A stretch of DNA of 64,000 bases from Clostridia bacterium (lineage in GTDB: Bacteria; Bacillota; Clostridia; Peptostreptococcales; JAAYPU01), in contig JADQBM010000054.1 of the NCBI GenBank assembly GCA_016278615.1, forward strand, positions 23,104-87,103. The letters run 5' to 3'. The translations under genes were made by a program, and so were the position numbers. This document shows positions 48,573 through 58,957 of this stretch, piece after piece. The stretch's first letter is position 1, and every line of letters begins with the position of its first letter. Below the pieces are notes generated by a model. That model was not told the DNA's origin. It did no database searches and saw only the letters and a program-made list of their open reading frames with translations.

Positions 48573-49616
48573 ATGGAAAGAATTATCTTACATCTGGATA
48601 TGGATGCTTTTTTTGCATCTGTGGAGCAAGTAGACTTCCCTGAGCTTAAAGGAAAGCCTGTTGTCGTGGGTGGAATCGGGGAAAGAGGGGTTGTTGCTAC
48701 ATGCTCATATGAAGCACGTAAATACGGCATTCATTCTGCAATGCCTGGTTTCATGGCCCGTCAGAAATGCGCCCATGCTATTTTTTTGCCTGTAAGAATG
48801 AAAAGATATAAGGAAGTGTCCAACAGGATATTTAGATTGTTAAACCAATACACAAAGAAGATAGAGCCAATCTCTATTGATGAAGCTTTTTTAGACTTAT
48901 CAGAATACAGCGAAGAATACCTATTAATAGCCCGAAAGATTAAGAAAAGCATAAAAAGTCAAACGGGCCTTACAGTCTCTATGGGTGTGTCCTACAATAA
49001 ATTTCTTGCTAAAATGGCCTCGGAGTGGGAAAAGCCAAATGGATTTAAAGTTATTACAAAGGAGATGATTCCCAACATTCTTCTGCCGCTACCCATAGGT
49101 AAAATATATGGAATTGGGGAAAAGACAGTGTCTAAACTTAATGGATTGGGTGTATATCATGTAGAGGATCTAATGAAATGGCCTGTGGCCTATATGGATA
49201 ATTTCTTTGGAAAGCAGGGGGAAGAAATATATAACCTTATAAGAGGCATTGATTCTCGAGAAATAGAAACTGAAAAAGAAGTCAAATCTATAGGAAGAGA
49301 GACAACTTTAGACAAGGATACGGATGACATGACAACGTTACTGGAATATCTTAAAGGATTCTCTGTTCATGTGTCATATGCATTGCGTGTTAAAAAACTC
49401 TATGCAAAAACCATTACAGTTAAAATAAAAACAGATCGATTTGCACAGCATACCAAGAGCAGAACCATAGATACACCCATAGATAAATCAAAGGACATCT
49501 ATAAAGAGGCTGCAGATTTGTTAAAAGAAATGAAACTCAATGAAAAAATTAGATTAATTGGATTAACCGTTTCGAATATATCAGATGATTATTATGAGCA
49601 GATGAGACTGTTTTAG
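48573..49616 (+). CDS. dinB: DNA polymerase IV (Y-family)
   Basis: ILHLDMDAFFASVEQ, SIDEAFLD and the little-finger region. 347 aa. Confidence 0.9.
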   Translation: MERIILHLDMDAFFASVEQVDFPELKGKPVVVGGIGERGVVATCSYEARKYGIHSAMPGFMARQKCAHAIFLPVRMKRYKEVSNRIFRLLNQYTKKIEPISIDEAFLDLSEYSEEYLLIARKIKKSIKSQTGLTVSMGVSYNKFLAKMASEWEKPNGFKVITKEMIPNILLPLPIGKIYGIGEKTVSKLNGLGVYHVEDLMKWPVAYMDNFFGKQGEEIYNLIRGIDSREIETEKEVKSIGRETTLDKDTDDMTTLLEYLKGFSVHVSYALRVKKLYAKTITVKIKTDRFAQHTKSRTIDTPIDKSKDIYKEAADLLKEMKLNEKIRLIGLTVSNISDDYYEQMRLF

Positions 49617-49829
49617 GAAGAGGTAGAAATTTTTAGATAACAGATAAAAGATAAAAGTTTAGGATAATTTTGTTGCACAAAATTTTCATATTTATCGGAA
49701 AAAAGATTTTACAAAAAAAGAAAGTTTTGCAAAAGCAAAACTCACCATAACTATTATCTATTATCTATTATCTATTATCTGTTATCTCTTATCTATCTCT
49801 TATCTATCTCTTATCTATCTTTTACCCTG
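49617..49829. repeat. Palindromic mosaic element (archetype) between convergent dinB and ald
   Basis: GATAANA-type array at 49634-49657. Hairpins at 49664-49688 and 49722-49741. The reverse-complement TNTTATC array lies at 49749-49822. Confidence 0.85.
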
Positions 49830-50948
49830 TTACCTCAAAAGGTCCATTGGGTCGTAATATGGCAACCCAAGACTTTCTGCTACTGCTTGATAAGTAACCT
49901 TTCCTTTGTAAGTATTTAAACCTTTCAAAAGAGAATCATTTTCCATAAGAGCGGTTTCAACACCTTTTTCAGCCAACTGCTGTGTATAATTTAAAGTTGA
50001 CGCTTCCAGGGCAAAAGTTGATGTCCTTGGAACGGCACCAGGCATGTTGGCGACAGAATAATGAAGGACGCCATGTTTTTCATAACAAGGATTATCGTGG
50101 GTTGTTACTCTATCAATGGTTTCTATTGACCCTCCTTGATCAATGGCAACATCTACAATAACAGATCCTTTTTTCATTGTCTTGACCATTTCTTCTGTGA
50201 CCGTTTTTGGAGCACTCTTTCCTACAACCAATACAGCTCCGATGAGGAGATCCGTTTCTTTAACGGCATTTGCACAATTATATTCATTGTAGGCAAGGGT
50301 CTTTATTCGACCCATAAAAATATCGTCAAGATGAGCAAGTCGCATAGGGTTTATATCCAATACTGTAACGCTGGCACCTAAACCGACGGCCATTTTAGCC
50401 GCATTGGCACCAACAATGCCACCCCCCACAATGGTTACTTCCCCAGGAGCAACACCAGGTACACCTCCAAGAAGTATCCCTGACCCACCATTATACTTTT
50501 GTAGGAGATTGGCCCCGATTTGAACAGACATTCTCCCGGCAACTTCACTCATAGGAGCCAGTAAAGGCAGTGAGCCATTAGGAAGAGAAATGGTTTCGTA
50601 TGCGATTCCTGTAATTTCTTTTTCAATTAAAGCAAGAGTTAATTCCCGATTAGGTGCAAGGTGTAAATAGGTAAAGAGGGTTTGATTCTTTTTAAATAAA
50701 GCATACTCTGAGGACAAAGGTTCTTTAACTTTTATAATCATTTCAGCGTCATTGAACAAACTTGATTTTTGAGAATAGATATGGGCACCTGTTTTGATAT
50801 ATTCATCATCTTCGAAACCACTTCCAACGCCCGCTCCTGCTTCTACTAATACGGAATGTCCCCTCGTGATGAGTGTTCTAACGCCTCCAGGGGTTAAAGC
50901 TACTCTGTTTTCATTGTTTTTGATTTCTTTTGGCACTCCAATAATCAT
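49830..50948 (-). CDS. ald: Alanine dehydrogenase
   Basis: [24 protein letters not shown]-terminus and the NAD-binding [17 protein letters not shown]. Confidence 0.9.
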   Translation of the reverse strand: MIIGVPKEIKNNENRVALTPGGVRTLITRGHSVLVEAGAGVGSGFEDDEYIKTGAHIYSQKSSLFNDAEMIIKVKEPLSSEYALFKKNQTLFTYLHLAPNRELTLALIEKEITGIAYETISLPNGSLPLLAPMSEVAGRMSVQIGANLLQKYNGGSGILLGGVPGVAPGEVTIVGGGIVGANAAKMAVGLGASVTVLDINPMRLAHLDDIFMGRIKTLAYNEYNCANAVKETDLLIGAVLVVGKSAPKTVTEEMVKTMKKGSVIVDVAIDQGGSIETIDRVTTHDNPCYEKHGVLHYSVANMPGAVPRTSTFALEASTLNYTQQLAEKGVETALMENDSLLKGLNTYKGKVTYQAVAESLGLPYYDPMDLLR

Positions 50949-51014
50949 TTTGTATCCTCCTTATTCATAGAAAAATTTTAAGTATTAGATAATCACCATT
51001 TAATAGCAAGCTTA

Positions 51015-51500
51015 TTATAATTTTTTCTTTGTAATTGAATCAGCCTCAGGTTCTGGTGAAACACTATAGTTATTCTTTAATGTGGAAAGAATAACATTTG
51101 TTTGAGTTTTTTGGATCCCTGGAATACTTTTAATACGGTTCATAATACGTTCCAAGGTATGTGTGCTATGGGTAATAATTTTTAAAGAATAATCATAATC
51201 ACCGGTTATATAATAACATTCTAATATTTCATCTTCGCAATCTATAAAGGATAAGAAATCATCTGTGTACTCTGGACGTTCCAACCGGATGTTCATAATA
51301 ACGGACAATTCTTTATGAAGTAAAAGGGGGTCTAAAATAACAGTATACGCCTGAACGACACCTGAACCTTCTAATTTTTTAAGGCGTTCACCCACTGCAG
51401 AGACAGACATATTTACTTTTTTGCTAATCTCAGAGATGGTCAATCTGGCATCTTTTTGAAGAAGCTGAATAATCCTTACATCTGTTATGTCCATAAGCAT
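51015..51500 (-). CDS. Lrp/AsnC family transcriptional regulator
   Basis: HTH DARLTISEISKKVNMSVSAVGERLKKLE plus a RAM domain. It lies directly upstream of ald on the same strand. Confidence 0.85.
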   Translation of the reverse strand: MLMDITDVRIIQLLQKDARLTISEISKKVNMSVSAVGERLKKLEGSGVVQAYTVILDPLLLHKELSVIMNIRLERPEYTDDFLSFIDCEDEILECYYITGDYDYSLKIITHSTHTLERIMNRIKSIPGIQKTQTNVILSTLKNNYSVSPEPEADSITKKKL

Positions 51501-51774
51501 TTCTCCTTTATTCTAAGTATGTAGTTGAAAACGTATTACTATGCGCAAGATTTATTCATATTTTATCATATTGGAGAATGTATTTAAACAGTTAGAGGAA
51601 ACTGCAGAAAATATTACGGTTATTTTATAAAAGACGGAAAATTATTTGAAAGAATTTATTTAAAATGATTGCCATGTATAATTATTTTGGTTAAATCTTA
51701 AATGAATTTAGATTTTAATTGGAAAAATTTAAAAAATAAGGTTATATTCAATAAAGAAATGGGTAGTATAAATA

Positions 51775-51858
51775 ATGAACGGCAAACCCCCTTAAACCCC
51801 CTATTATAAAATATTTATAATCCCCCCACTAAAGGCACTCGTTGGAGTGCCTTTTTTG
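51775..51858 (+). ncRNA. Candidate small RNA with three C-rich motifs and an intrinsic terminator
   Basis: C5-C6 runs at 51787-51791, 51797-51801 and 51822-51827 in an AT-rich context. GGCACTC GTTG GAGTGCC hairpin plus T6 at 51833-51857. No ORF fits. The 5' end is not defined. Confidence 0.3.
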
Positions 51859-51887
51859 AGAATTCCCATGCACAAAATATTTGGTAA

Positions 51888-51896
51888 TGGTATAAT
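51888..51896 (+). promoter_or_regulatory. Extended -10 promoter element (TGGTATAAT)
   Basis: TGnTATAAT match. The -35 is weak. It would drive a ~290-nt glnS leader composed of the mosaic element. Confidence 0.4.
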
Positions 51897-52165
51897 AGTG
51901 TAAAGTCCGTAGGGGCTGGCCTCGCGCCTGCCCGGTAATAGTAAGAGTAAGTTGAAGTTTAAGTTTAAGTAATAAGTAGTTGAAGTACAAGTGTTATGGT
52001 AGATTTTGTTTTACAAAATCCTCTATTTATACTTAAACTACTCCGAAGGAGTCTTTTTAAACTTAAGCTTCACGATTAATACCACTCCGAAGGAGTCTTT
52101 TTAAACTTAAGCTTCACGATTAATACCACTCCGAAGGAGTCCACTTAAACTCAAACTTCAAAATT
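51897..52165. repeat. Composite mosaic element, second copy of the 45305-45735 type
   Basis: GTAGGGGCTGGCCTCGCGCCTGCCCG, an AAGNNN array at 51943-51972, the hairpin GATTTTGTTTTACAAAATC, and a 44-bp tandem unit containing ACTCCGAAGGAGTC. The unit is exact at 52041-52084 and 52085-52128, with a partial third copy. Confidence 0.85.
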
Positions 52166-52195
52166 TATATATATAACGAAAGGTTGGTTGATAGA

Positions 52196-53866
52196 ATGGC
52201 AGCAGATAACGAAAAAAATATAGGAAAAACTGAAACTGAAGAGACGTCTTCAAATTTTATTCAAAATATAATTGATGAAGATTTAAAAGAAGGTGTATAT
52301 AAAAATAGAGTACATACACGTTTCCCGCCTGAGCCAAATGGCTATCTACATATTGGCCATGCTAAATCCATTTGTTTGAATTTCAGCTTGGCTGAAAAAA
52401 ACAAAGGATTATGCAATTTAAGATTTGATGATACGAATCCTGTAAAAGAAGACATCGAATATGTGGAATCCATAAAAGAGGACGTTAAATGGCTTGGATT
52501 TCAATGGGATGGCTTATATTTTGCATCGGATTATTTTCAAAAGATGTATGAATGTGCTGTCAAGCTAATAAAAAAAGGAAACGCATATGTTTGTGATTTA
52601 TCGGCTGAAGAAATAAAAGCCTTTAGAGGTACCCTTAATGGCCCTGGGGAAAATAGTCCTTTTAGAAACAGAAGCATAGAAGAAAATCTTGAATTATTTG
52701 AGAAAATGAAAAACGGTGAATTTAAAGATGGTGAAAAAGTATTGCGCTTGAAGATTGATATGGCATCACCTAATTTAAACATGAGGGATCCCGTTGTCTA
52801 TAGAATTTCTCATAATACGCATCATAACACGGGTGATGAGTGGTGTGTTTATCCAATGTATGATTATGCGCACCCTTTAGAAGACGCTTTTGAGAATATA
52901 ACCCATTCAATCTGCACACTGGAATTCGAAGATCATAGGCCTCTTTATGATTGGGTATTAAAGGAATTAGAATTCATAACCCCTCCTAAACAGATTGAAT
53001 TTGCCAGACTCAACTTGACCCATACAGTAATGAGTAAACGGTATTTGAAAGCCCTTGTAGAGGATGGGGCAGTAGAAGGCTGGGATGATCCCAGAATGCC
53101 TACCATTGCAGGTCTTCGAAGAAGAGGCTGTACGCCTGAAGCCATTCGTGATTTTTGTGATAGAATAGGCGTTGCTAAGAGCAACAGTACGGTTGATATG
53201 GCTCTTTTGGAACATTGCATTCGAGAGGATCTCAAACCCAAAGTTGAGACGAAAATGGTGGTTGTAGATCCTTTGAAAGTTGTTATTACCAATTACCCCG
53301 AGGAACAAGTAGAATGGTTTGAGGTTGAGAACAATAAGGAAGATGAAAGTATGGGAAAAAGAAAAGTGCCTTTTTCTAAAGAAATCTATATTGATAGAGG
53401 AGACTTCATGGAAAACCCCCCTAAAAAGTTTTTTCGATTATTTTTAGGTAATGAAGTGCGTTTAAAAGGTGCTTATTTCATAAAATGCCAAGAAGTCATT
53501 AAGGATTCTGAAGGCATGGTGACTGAATTAAGATGTACTTACGATCCAGAGACTCGAAGTGGAAGTGGATTTAATGCACGAAAGGTTAAAGGAACTTTGC
53601 ATTGGGTGGATGCTGCTCATGCACAAAAAATAACAATCAATGCTTATAGCCATCTCATGGTGCAAAATGAAGATGAAGAAAATGTTCTAAATCCTGAATC
53701 TCTCAAGATATATAAAGGCTATGCAGAACCAAGCATCAAGGATTCAAAACATAATCAGCGATATCAATTCTTTAGACATGGATACTTCTTTGCAGATCCC
53801 GTACTTACAAAAGGCGATGCTTATGTTTTTAATCGAATTGTTGAGCTTAAAAGCTCATATAAGTAA
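52196..53866 (+). CDS. glnS: Glutamine--tRNA ligase
   Basis: [14 protein letters not shown] (HIGH), VMSKR (KMSKS) and a GlnRS-type N-terminus. ATG 52196 is preferred over the TTG at 52184. Confidence 0.9.
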   Translation: MAADNEKNIGKTETEETSSNFIQNIIDEDLKEGVYKNRVHTRFPPEPNGYLHIGHAKSICLNFSLAEKNKGLCNLRFDDTNPVKEDIEYVESIKEDVKWLGFQWDGLYFASDYFQKMYECAVKLIKKGNAYVCDLSAEEIKAFRGTLNGPGENSPFRNRSIEENLELFEKMKNGEFKDGEKVLRLKIDMASPNLNMRDPVVYRISHNTHHNTGDEWCVYPMYDYAHPLEDAFENITHSICTLEFEDHRPLYDWVLKELEFITPPKQIEFARLNLTHTVMSKRYLKALVEDGAVEGWDDPRMPTIAGLRRRGCTPEAIRDFCDRIGVAKSNSTVDMALLEHCIREDLKPKVETKMVVVDPLKVVITNYPEEQVEWFEVENNKEDESMGKRKVPFSKEIYIDRGDFMENPPKKFFRLFLGNEVRLKGAYFIKCQEVIKDSEGMVTELRCTYDPETRSGSGFNARKVKGTLHWVDAAHAQKITINAYSHLMVQNEDEENVLNPESLKIYKGYAEPSIKDSKHNQRYQFFRHGYFFADPVLTKGDAYVFNRIVELKSSYK

Positions 53867-53887
53867 AAATTAAAGATTGTGACCATA

Positions 53888-53937
53888 AATCAGGCTAAGG
53901 TTAAAACTGTTCATTGACCTTAGCCTGATTCTTTATT
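53888..53937 (+). terminator. Rho-independent terminator after glnS
   Basis: AATCAGGCTAAGGT / ACCTTAGCCTGATT 14-bp stem followed by a T-rich tail. Confidence 0.7.
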
Positions 53938-54038
53938 ATACTTACAATGTCGTTTTAAAGAAATAAACCTACTTAAGAGTGATTCATTTACAATAGATTA
54001 GATAATGGACCCAAAAGGTTTTTTTAGAAGGTGAGAGT

Positions 54039-55628
54039 ATGAAAGAAAAGAATAATACAAAACATACATTAATTCATTGGCATAATTTTAAACTCAAACT
54101 GGTTTTTGAAGGCCTTGCCATCGGCATTTTAACAGGATTGGTTATTGTTGCCTATCGCGTGCTTTTAGACTCGGCTTCTCATCTTCGGAGTGCGGTGGTT
54201 GAGGCAACGAGGGGGAATCCAATTAAAATCATAGCATTTTTTGGCGTCTTAATCTTAATTGGAGCGATCATTAAATATATGATAAAAAAAGTACCTTTAA
54301 TCAGAGGGAGCGGTATTCCCCAAGTAAAGGGGTTCTTATACCGAAAGTTTGATATGGAGTGGAAAAGTACACTGCTATATAAATTTATTGGAGGCGTATT
54401 AGCCATTGGTGCGGGACTTTCTTTAGGGAGAGAAGGGCCTTCTATACAAATTGGTGGCGCAATTGGTAAAGGCTTTTCTGATATATTTAAAAGAAAAAAA
54501 TTAGAAGAAAAATTTCTTGTCACAGAAGGTGCCAGTGCAGGACTTGCGGCTGCTTTCAATGCACCCCTGGCAGGAGTTATGTTTTCATTGGAGGAGCTCC
54601 ACAAGAATTTTTCACCCATTGTAATTATTTCTGCGCTCACCGCTTCAGTAACGGCGGACTTTATTTCAAAAAGTTTTGTAGGAATCGAACCAATCTTTAA
54701 TTTCAGTGGGGTGGAGGCTTTGCCTTTAAAGTATTACCCTTATGTACTGATCCTTGGACTCATAATGGGTATTTTTGGTGTTATTTTTAACAAGTCTATT
54801 TTAGTAACTCAGAAATATTACAAAAAGAAAACCCTCATTCCCAAAAGGTACAAAGCCTATATTCCCTTTGTTTTGGCCGGAATATTTGCTTTCATTCTGC
54901 CAGAGGTTTTGGGAGGCGGTCATTTTCTAATTGAAGAAATGTCTCATATTAATTTTTCCATAAAATTTTTACTTGTTTTATTACTCATCAAATTTTCCTT
55001 TACGATGATTTGTTATGGTTCAGGAGCACCGGGAGGTATCTTTCTACCTTTACTTGTAATTGGTGCTATTACAGGCAATATCTATGGAGAAATTCTCCAT
55101 CAGTATGTAGGAATGGAAGCGAGCTACATCAATAACATGATGATTCTTGCTATGGCAGGGTATTTCACTGCAATAGTAAGAGCACCAATTACTGGATGTA
55201 TTCTAATTAGTGAAATGGCAGGGTCTTTACAACATTTACTGGCGCTGTCGTTTATTGCAGTTGTTACATATATAATTGCAGATGTAATGAAGTCCAAGCC
55301 CATATACGATTCACTATTAGAGATTTTAGATAGAAATAATCGCAATAATTTTAAAAGTAATACAGATACAAAAGTGATTATAGAAAATGTCGTATGTATG
55401 GGGTCTGAAAGTGAAGGAAAAATGATAAAAGAAATTCCCTGGCCTGAAAACTGTCTTATCGTAGGTATTAAAAGGGGAGATAAAGAGAAAATCCCCACAG
55501 GAGACACCATCTTACAAACAGGAGATCTCATCATTGCCTTAACAGATGAAGACATCGCATCTGAAGCAGTAAAAAATCTCTCTAAAGTAACGGAAGTCTG
55601 CAAAGAAGCAGGGGAAAATGCGAACTGA
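54039..55628 (+). CDS. ClC family chloride channel/antiporter with C-terminal TrkA-C (RCK_C) domain
   Basis: GREGPSIQIG and GAPGGIFLP selectivity-filter motifs. The soluble C-terminal ~80 aa is RCK_C-like. Confidence 0.85.
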   Translation: MKEKNNTKHTLIHWHNFKLKLVFEGLAIGILTGLVIVAYRVLLDSASHLRSAVVEATRGNPIKIIAFFGVLILIGAIIKYMIKKVPLIRGSGIPQVKGFLYRKFDMEWKSTLLYKFIGGVLAIGAGLSLGREGPSIQIGGAIGKGFSDIFKRKKLEEKFLVTEGASAGLAAAFNAPLAGVMFSLEELHKNFSPIVIISALTASVTADFISKSFVGIEPIFNFSGVEALPLKYYPYVLILGLIMGIFGVIFNKSILVTQKYYKKKTLIPKRYKAYIPFVLAGIFAFILPEVLGGGHFLIEEMSHINFSIKFLLVLLLIKFSFTMICYGSGAPGGIFLPLLVIGAITGNIYGEILHQYVGMEASYINNMMILAMAGYFTAIVRAPITGCILISEMAGSLQHLLALSFIAVVTYIIADVMKSKPIYDSLLEILDRNNRNNFKSNTDTKVIIENVVCMGSESEGKMIKEIPWPENCLIVGIKRGDKEKIPTGDTILQTGDLIIALTDEDIASEAVKNLSKVTEVCKEAGENAN

Positions 55629-55882
55629 TATAAGAAAGATAAGAGATAACAGATAAGAGAATCACAAGATAGATAAGAGAATCACAGGAAAGATAAGAGA
55701 TAATAGATAATAGTTAAGGAATAAAAAAGGGACTAAAAGCATTTTAGTCCCTTTTTTAAATCTAAGTAGAAACATAGATAAATCCATGAAAAATGAAGAT
55801 TTTGGAACAAAATCCACCTCAACTGTTATCTGTTATCTATTATCTATTATCTTTCTTGCAATTATCTATTATCTGTTATCTC
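55629..55882. repeat. Palindromic mosaic element between convergent ClC and hydF genes
   Basis: GATAAGA-type array at 55632-55718, a central terminator hairpin, the hairpin GATTTTGGAACAAAATC, and the inverted TNTTATC array at 55822-55886. Confidence 0.85.
55723..55757. terminator. Bidirectional terminator
   Basis: AAAAAAGGGACTAAAA / TTTTAGTCCCTTTTTT, symmetric with A/T runs on both sides. Confidence 0.8.
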
Positions 55883-57085
55883 TTATCTTTCTTTTAATTT
55901 CTTTTCATACATTCCCGTCACCTTATCCAGTATGCCATTCATATAGGCAATGGCGGTACCGTAATTTGTAATGGGAATATTATTTTTTTGGGCTTGGATG
56001 ATTCTTGACATCATTTGCTTTCGGTTAAACATACAACCACCACAGTGGATGATCAATTTATATTCAGAAAGATCATCCCCAAAATCAATACCAGCCTTTG
56101 TAACGGTTTCTATCTTCTTCCCTGTATATTCTTTCAGCCATTTAGGTAATTTTTCTCTTCCGATATCACCCTGCAGAGGATGATGGGTGCAGGCTTCGGC
56201 GATTAAAACCTTATCATAATCCTGAAGTTCACTGATTGCGACGGCACCTGCTATAAAACTGTCTAAATCCCCTTTGTATCGAGACATTAATATAGAAAAT
56301 GAAGTTAAAGGCACATCTTTAGGGAGTATCTCATTGACTTTTTCAAATACCTGAGAGTCTGTTACAACTAAATCAGGTTGATGCTTTATCTTTGTGAGCA
56401 TAACTTCAAGGTTGTCATCTGTTACGGTTATGGCGAGGCCTTTGTGGTCTAAGATATCACGAAGGGTCTGAACCTGAGGTAAGATTAATCGACCTTTTGG
56501 CGCTTGAATGTCTTGAGGCGCAACCAACACAATGGTATCACCTGGCTTTATCAAGTCTCCTAAAATGGTATCCTTCTCATAGAAGGGAACATGATGAAAC
56601 AGCTCCGTTTTTAGGCGCTGGATGGAAGCGGGGTCATTAGTACAAGTCTTAACAAAAGGCATATCAAATTCTTGATACATAGCCATATCAGGATTGAGGA
56701 TATCTATTTTATTTATAACACCTATAACAGGAATATTTGCCTCCTTAAGCATAGAAAGCCATTCATGCTCTATGGGACTTATTGGGTTTTCTGATGAAAA
56801 AATAACTAAAGCAATATCTGTTTTAGAAATAACTTCCCTTGTTTTATTAACACGGAGCGTGCCAATGTCCCCCTCATCATCAATACCTGCTGTGTCAATA
56901 ATAACTACAGGACCTATAGGTAATAGCTCCATAGCCTTGTATACAGGGTCTGTTGTCGTGCCGGATATATTGGATACTAAAGCAATATCTTGCCCAGTGA
57001 TGGCATTAATCAAACTAGATTTGCCAACATTACGCCGCCCAAAAATAGCAATGTGCAGTCTATTGGCATTTGGTGTATGTTGCAT
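55883..57085 (-). CDS. hydF: [FeFe]-hydrogenase H-cluster maturation GTPase HydF
   Basis: GRRNVGKSSLINAITG (G1), DTAGIDD (G3), and C-terminal EACTHH ... HCGGCMFN cluster-binding cysteines. Confidence 0.85.
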   Translation of the reverse strand: MQHTPNANRLHIAIFGRRNVGKSSLINAITGQDIALVSNISGTTTDPVYKAMELLPIGPVVIIDTAGIDDEGDIGTLRVNKTREVISKTDIALVIFSSENPISPIEHEWLSMLKEANIPVIGVINKIDILNPDMAMYQEFDMPFVKTCTNDPASIQRLKTELFHHVPFYEKDTILGDLIKPGDTIVLVAPQDIQAPKGRLILPQVQTLRDILDHKGLAITVTDDNLEVMLTKIKHQPDLVVTDSQVFEKVNEILPKDVPLTSFSILMSRYKGDLDSFIAGAVAISELQDYDKVLIAEACTHHPLQGDIGREKLPKWLKEYTGKKIETVTKAGIDFGDDLSEYKLIIHCGGCMFNRKQMMSRIIQAQKNNIPITNYGTAIAYMNGILDKVTGMYEKKLKER

Positions 57086-57104
57086 GATAAAACCTCCTTT
57101 TCAA

Positions 57105-57265
57105 CTTGATATAGATAAGAGATAACAGATAATAGATAAGAGTTAAGGTAGAAATTTTTCTTTGTTCAAATTTCCTCTATCAATCTTTTAATTCAATTGG
57201 AGATTTTAGAATCAAAATCATCCTTAACTGTTAACTGTTATCTATTATCTCTTATCTTTCAATTT
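57105..57265. repeat. Palindromic mosaic element in the hydG-hydF intergenic region
   Basis: GATAAGAGATAACAGATAATAGATAAGAGTTAAGG (57108-57148), the hairpins GAAATTT...AAATTTC and GATTTTAGAATCAAAATC, then CCTTAACTGTTAACTGTTATCTATTATCTCTTATC (57222-57260). Confidence 0.85.
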
Positions 57266-57269
57266 TCAG

Positions 57270-58688
57270 TTATAAATACAGATCCCTCGTGCCTTCTTCA
57301 ATTTTTTTTAATTGTTCTTCAGTGAGGCTTTTTACTTTTTCTGATTTTATATCCTTTACGGACTGCTGTATAAGTTGATTACCAATAGCCTTTAATTCCT
57401 CATCTGCATAATCCATTAAGTACTCCTTGAAAGTCATTAAGGCATTGGGAAGACAAACATTATTGATTTCACCTGATTTAGCAAGACGCATAAATCGGTC
57501 ACCTGTTCTTCCACTTCGATAGCATGCCGTACAAAAACTAGGGACATAACCGTCCTGACAAAGGACCTTAAGCATTTCCATAGGAGAACGATGATCTTCT
57601 ACATTGAACTGTTTCGTATTCAATTCTTCTTTTTCGGGATTTTCATTAAATTCATCTGTATAACCCCCTACGCCGGTGCAAGAACCGGAGCTTACTTGTG
57701 AAACGCCAAGCTCTAAGACCTTCTCCCTAAAGCCCGGAGCTTCCCTGGTAGAAAGAATAAGACCTGTATAGGGTACAGATAATCGTATGACAGCTACGAT
57801 TTTCATAAACGCTTCATCGTTGATTAAGTGAGGATAGTTCCCTAGGTTAACACCTTCGGCCTTCTTTAATCGGGGTACCGAGATGGTATGAGGTCCTACA
57901 CCAAAGGTTTCTTCCATATGTTCCTTGTGCATCATCATGGCCACGGTATCATATTTATAATCATACAGACCATAAAGCACCCCAAAGCCAACATCGTCTA
58001 TTCCACCCTCCATGGCTCGGCTCATAGCAGTCGTGTGAAATTCATAGTTATGCTTGGGACCATTTGGATGAAGCAATTCATATGTTTCCTTATGATAAGT
58101 TTCTTGGAAAAGAATATAAGTGCCAATGCCTGCTTCTTTTAATTTTTTATAATTCTCAACAGTTGTTGCTGCAATATTAACATTGATTCTTCTGATGCTT
58201 CCGTTATCAAAATGAAAGGAATAAATGGTTTCCATGCACTTGAGGATGTATTCAATAGGGCATTGAAGGGGGTCTTCTCCGGCTTCAAGGGCAATTCTTT
58301 TATGACCTAAGGACTCAAGAACTTGAACTTCTTTCTTGAGTTCTTCCATATTAAGCTGCTTTCTTGTTAATTCAGAATTACAGTTTTTGTAGCCGCAATA
58401 TTCACAATTATTAATGCAGTAATTACTGACATATAATGGAGCAAACATCACAATTCGTTTACCATATATTTTTTCTTTAATCTCTTTAGCAATTTGAAAC
58501 ATTTCTAAAAGAAGTGTTTCATCTTCAACATTTAAAAGTACAGCAGTTTCATCATGGGTCAGACCATTCATCTTTCTTGCTTTTTCTAAAAGTCTTTTTA
58601 TATAATCATGATCCTGAGATTTTTCTTTTGCATACTCTAAAGTTTTTAATATTTCTTTATGATTAATAAATTCATATGCCTTTTTCAT
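57270..58688 (-). CDS. hydG: [FeFe]-hydrogenase maturase HydG (radical SAM tyrosine lyase)
   Basis: CINNCEYCGY radical SAM motif, ThiH-like core, C-terminal CTACYRSGRTG cluster motif. 472 aa. Confidence 0.85.
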   Translation of the reverse strand: MKKAYEFINHKEILKTLEYAKEKSQDHDYIKRLLEKARKMNGLTHDETAVLLNVEDETLLLEMFQIAKEIKEKIYGKRIVMFAPLYVSNYCINNCEYCGYKNCNSELTRKQLNMEELKKEVQVLESLGHKRIALEAGEDPLQCPIEYILKCMETIYSFHFDNGSIRRINVNIAATTVENYKKLKEAGIGTYILFQETYHKETYELLHPNGPKHNYEFHTTAMSRAMEGGIDDVGFGVLYGLYDYKYDTVAMMMHKEHMEETFGVGPHTISVPRLKKAEGVNLGNYPHLINDEAFMKIVAVIRLSVPYTGLILSTREAPGFREKVLELGVSQVSSGSCTGVGGYTDEFNENPEKEELNTKQFNVEDHRSPMEMLKVLCQDGYVPSFCTACYRSGRTGDRFMRLAKSGEINNVCLPNALMTFKEYLMDYADEELKAIGNQLIQQSVKDIKSEKVKSLTEEQLKKIEEGTRDLYL

Positions 58689-58704
58689 TTAATTCCCACC
58701 TTTC

Positions 58705-58957
58705 GTTATTAGGTAACAGGGTACAGGGTACAGGTAAAAGTTCTTAAAGCTTGAAGCCCTAGCTCAAATTGAAGCCCTAACACAGAATTTCTGATTCTGA
58801 TGTAGGTCTCATGCAACGAGAAAGAAATTTTATATTTCGTCTTCTCGACTGCCTGATTTGATGTGCAGGTCTCATACAAGTGGAACTTTCTAATCTACGA
58901 TTAGTTAAAGTTGCCATTCGCTCCGTGGAAACTCTCCAATCGCTGATTGGAATAGAG
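58705..58957. repeat. Mosaic repeat region (GTACAGG heptamers plus GC-richer word modules) in the hydE-hydG intergenic region
   Basis: GGTAACAGGGTACAGGGTACAGG at 58711-58733. TTGAAGCCCTAGCTCAAAT at 58751-58769. The 78-nt block 58854-58931 is identical to the reverse complement of 62025-62102. Confidence 0.85.

Noticed and set aside
51500-52195. T-box leader upstream of glnS
   Set aside because: I looked for the T-box consensus (AGGGTGGTACCGCG-like) and a specifier-loop architecture and found neither. The leader consists of the mosaic element instead.
55786-55971. ORF 55786-55971 (+), and likewise 61715-61924 (-) and 61818-62012 (-)
   Set aside because: These are low-complexity translations of heptamer arrays (LLSIIFL, YLLSIPT). 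The first overlaps the hydF 3' end. All three are artefacts of repeat periodicity.
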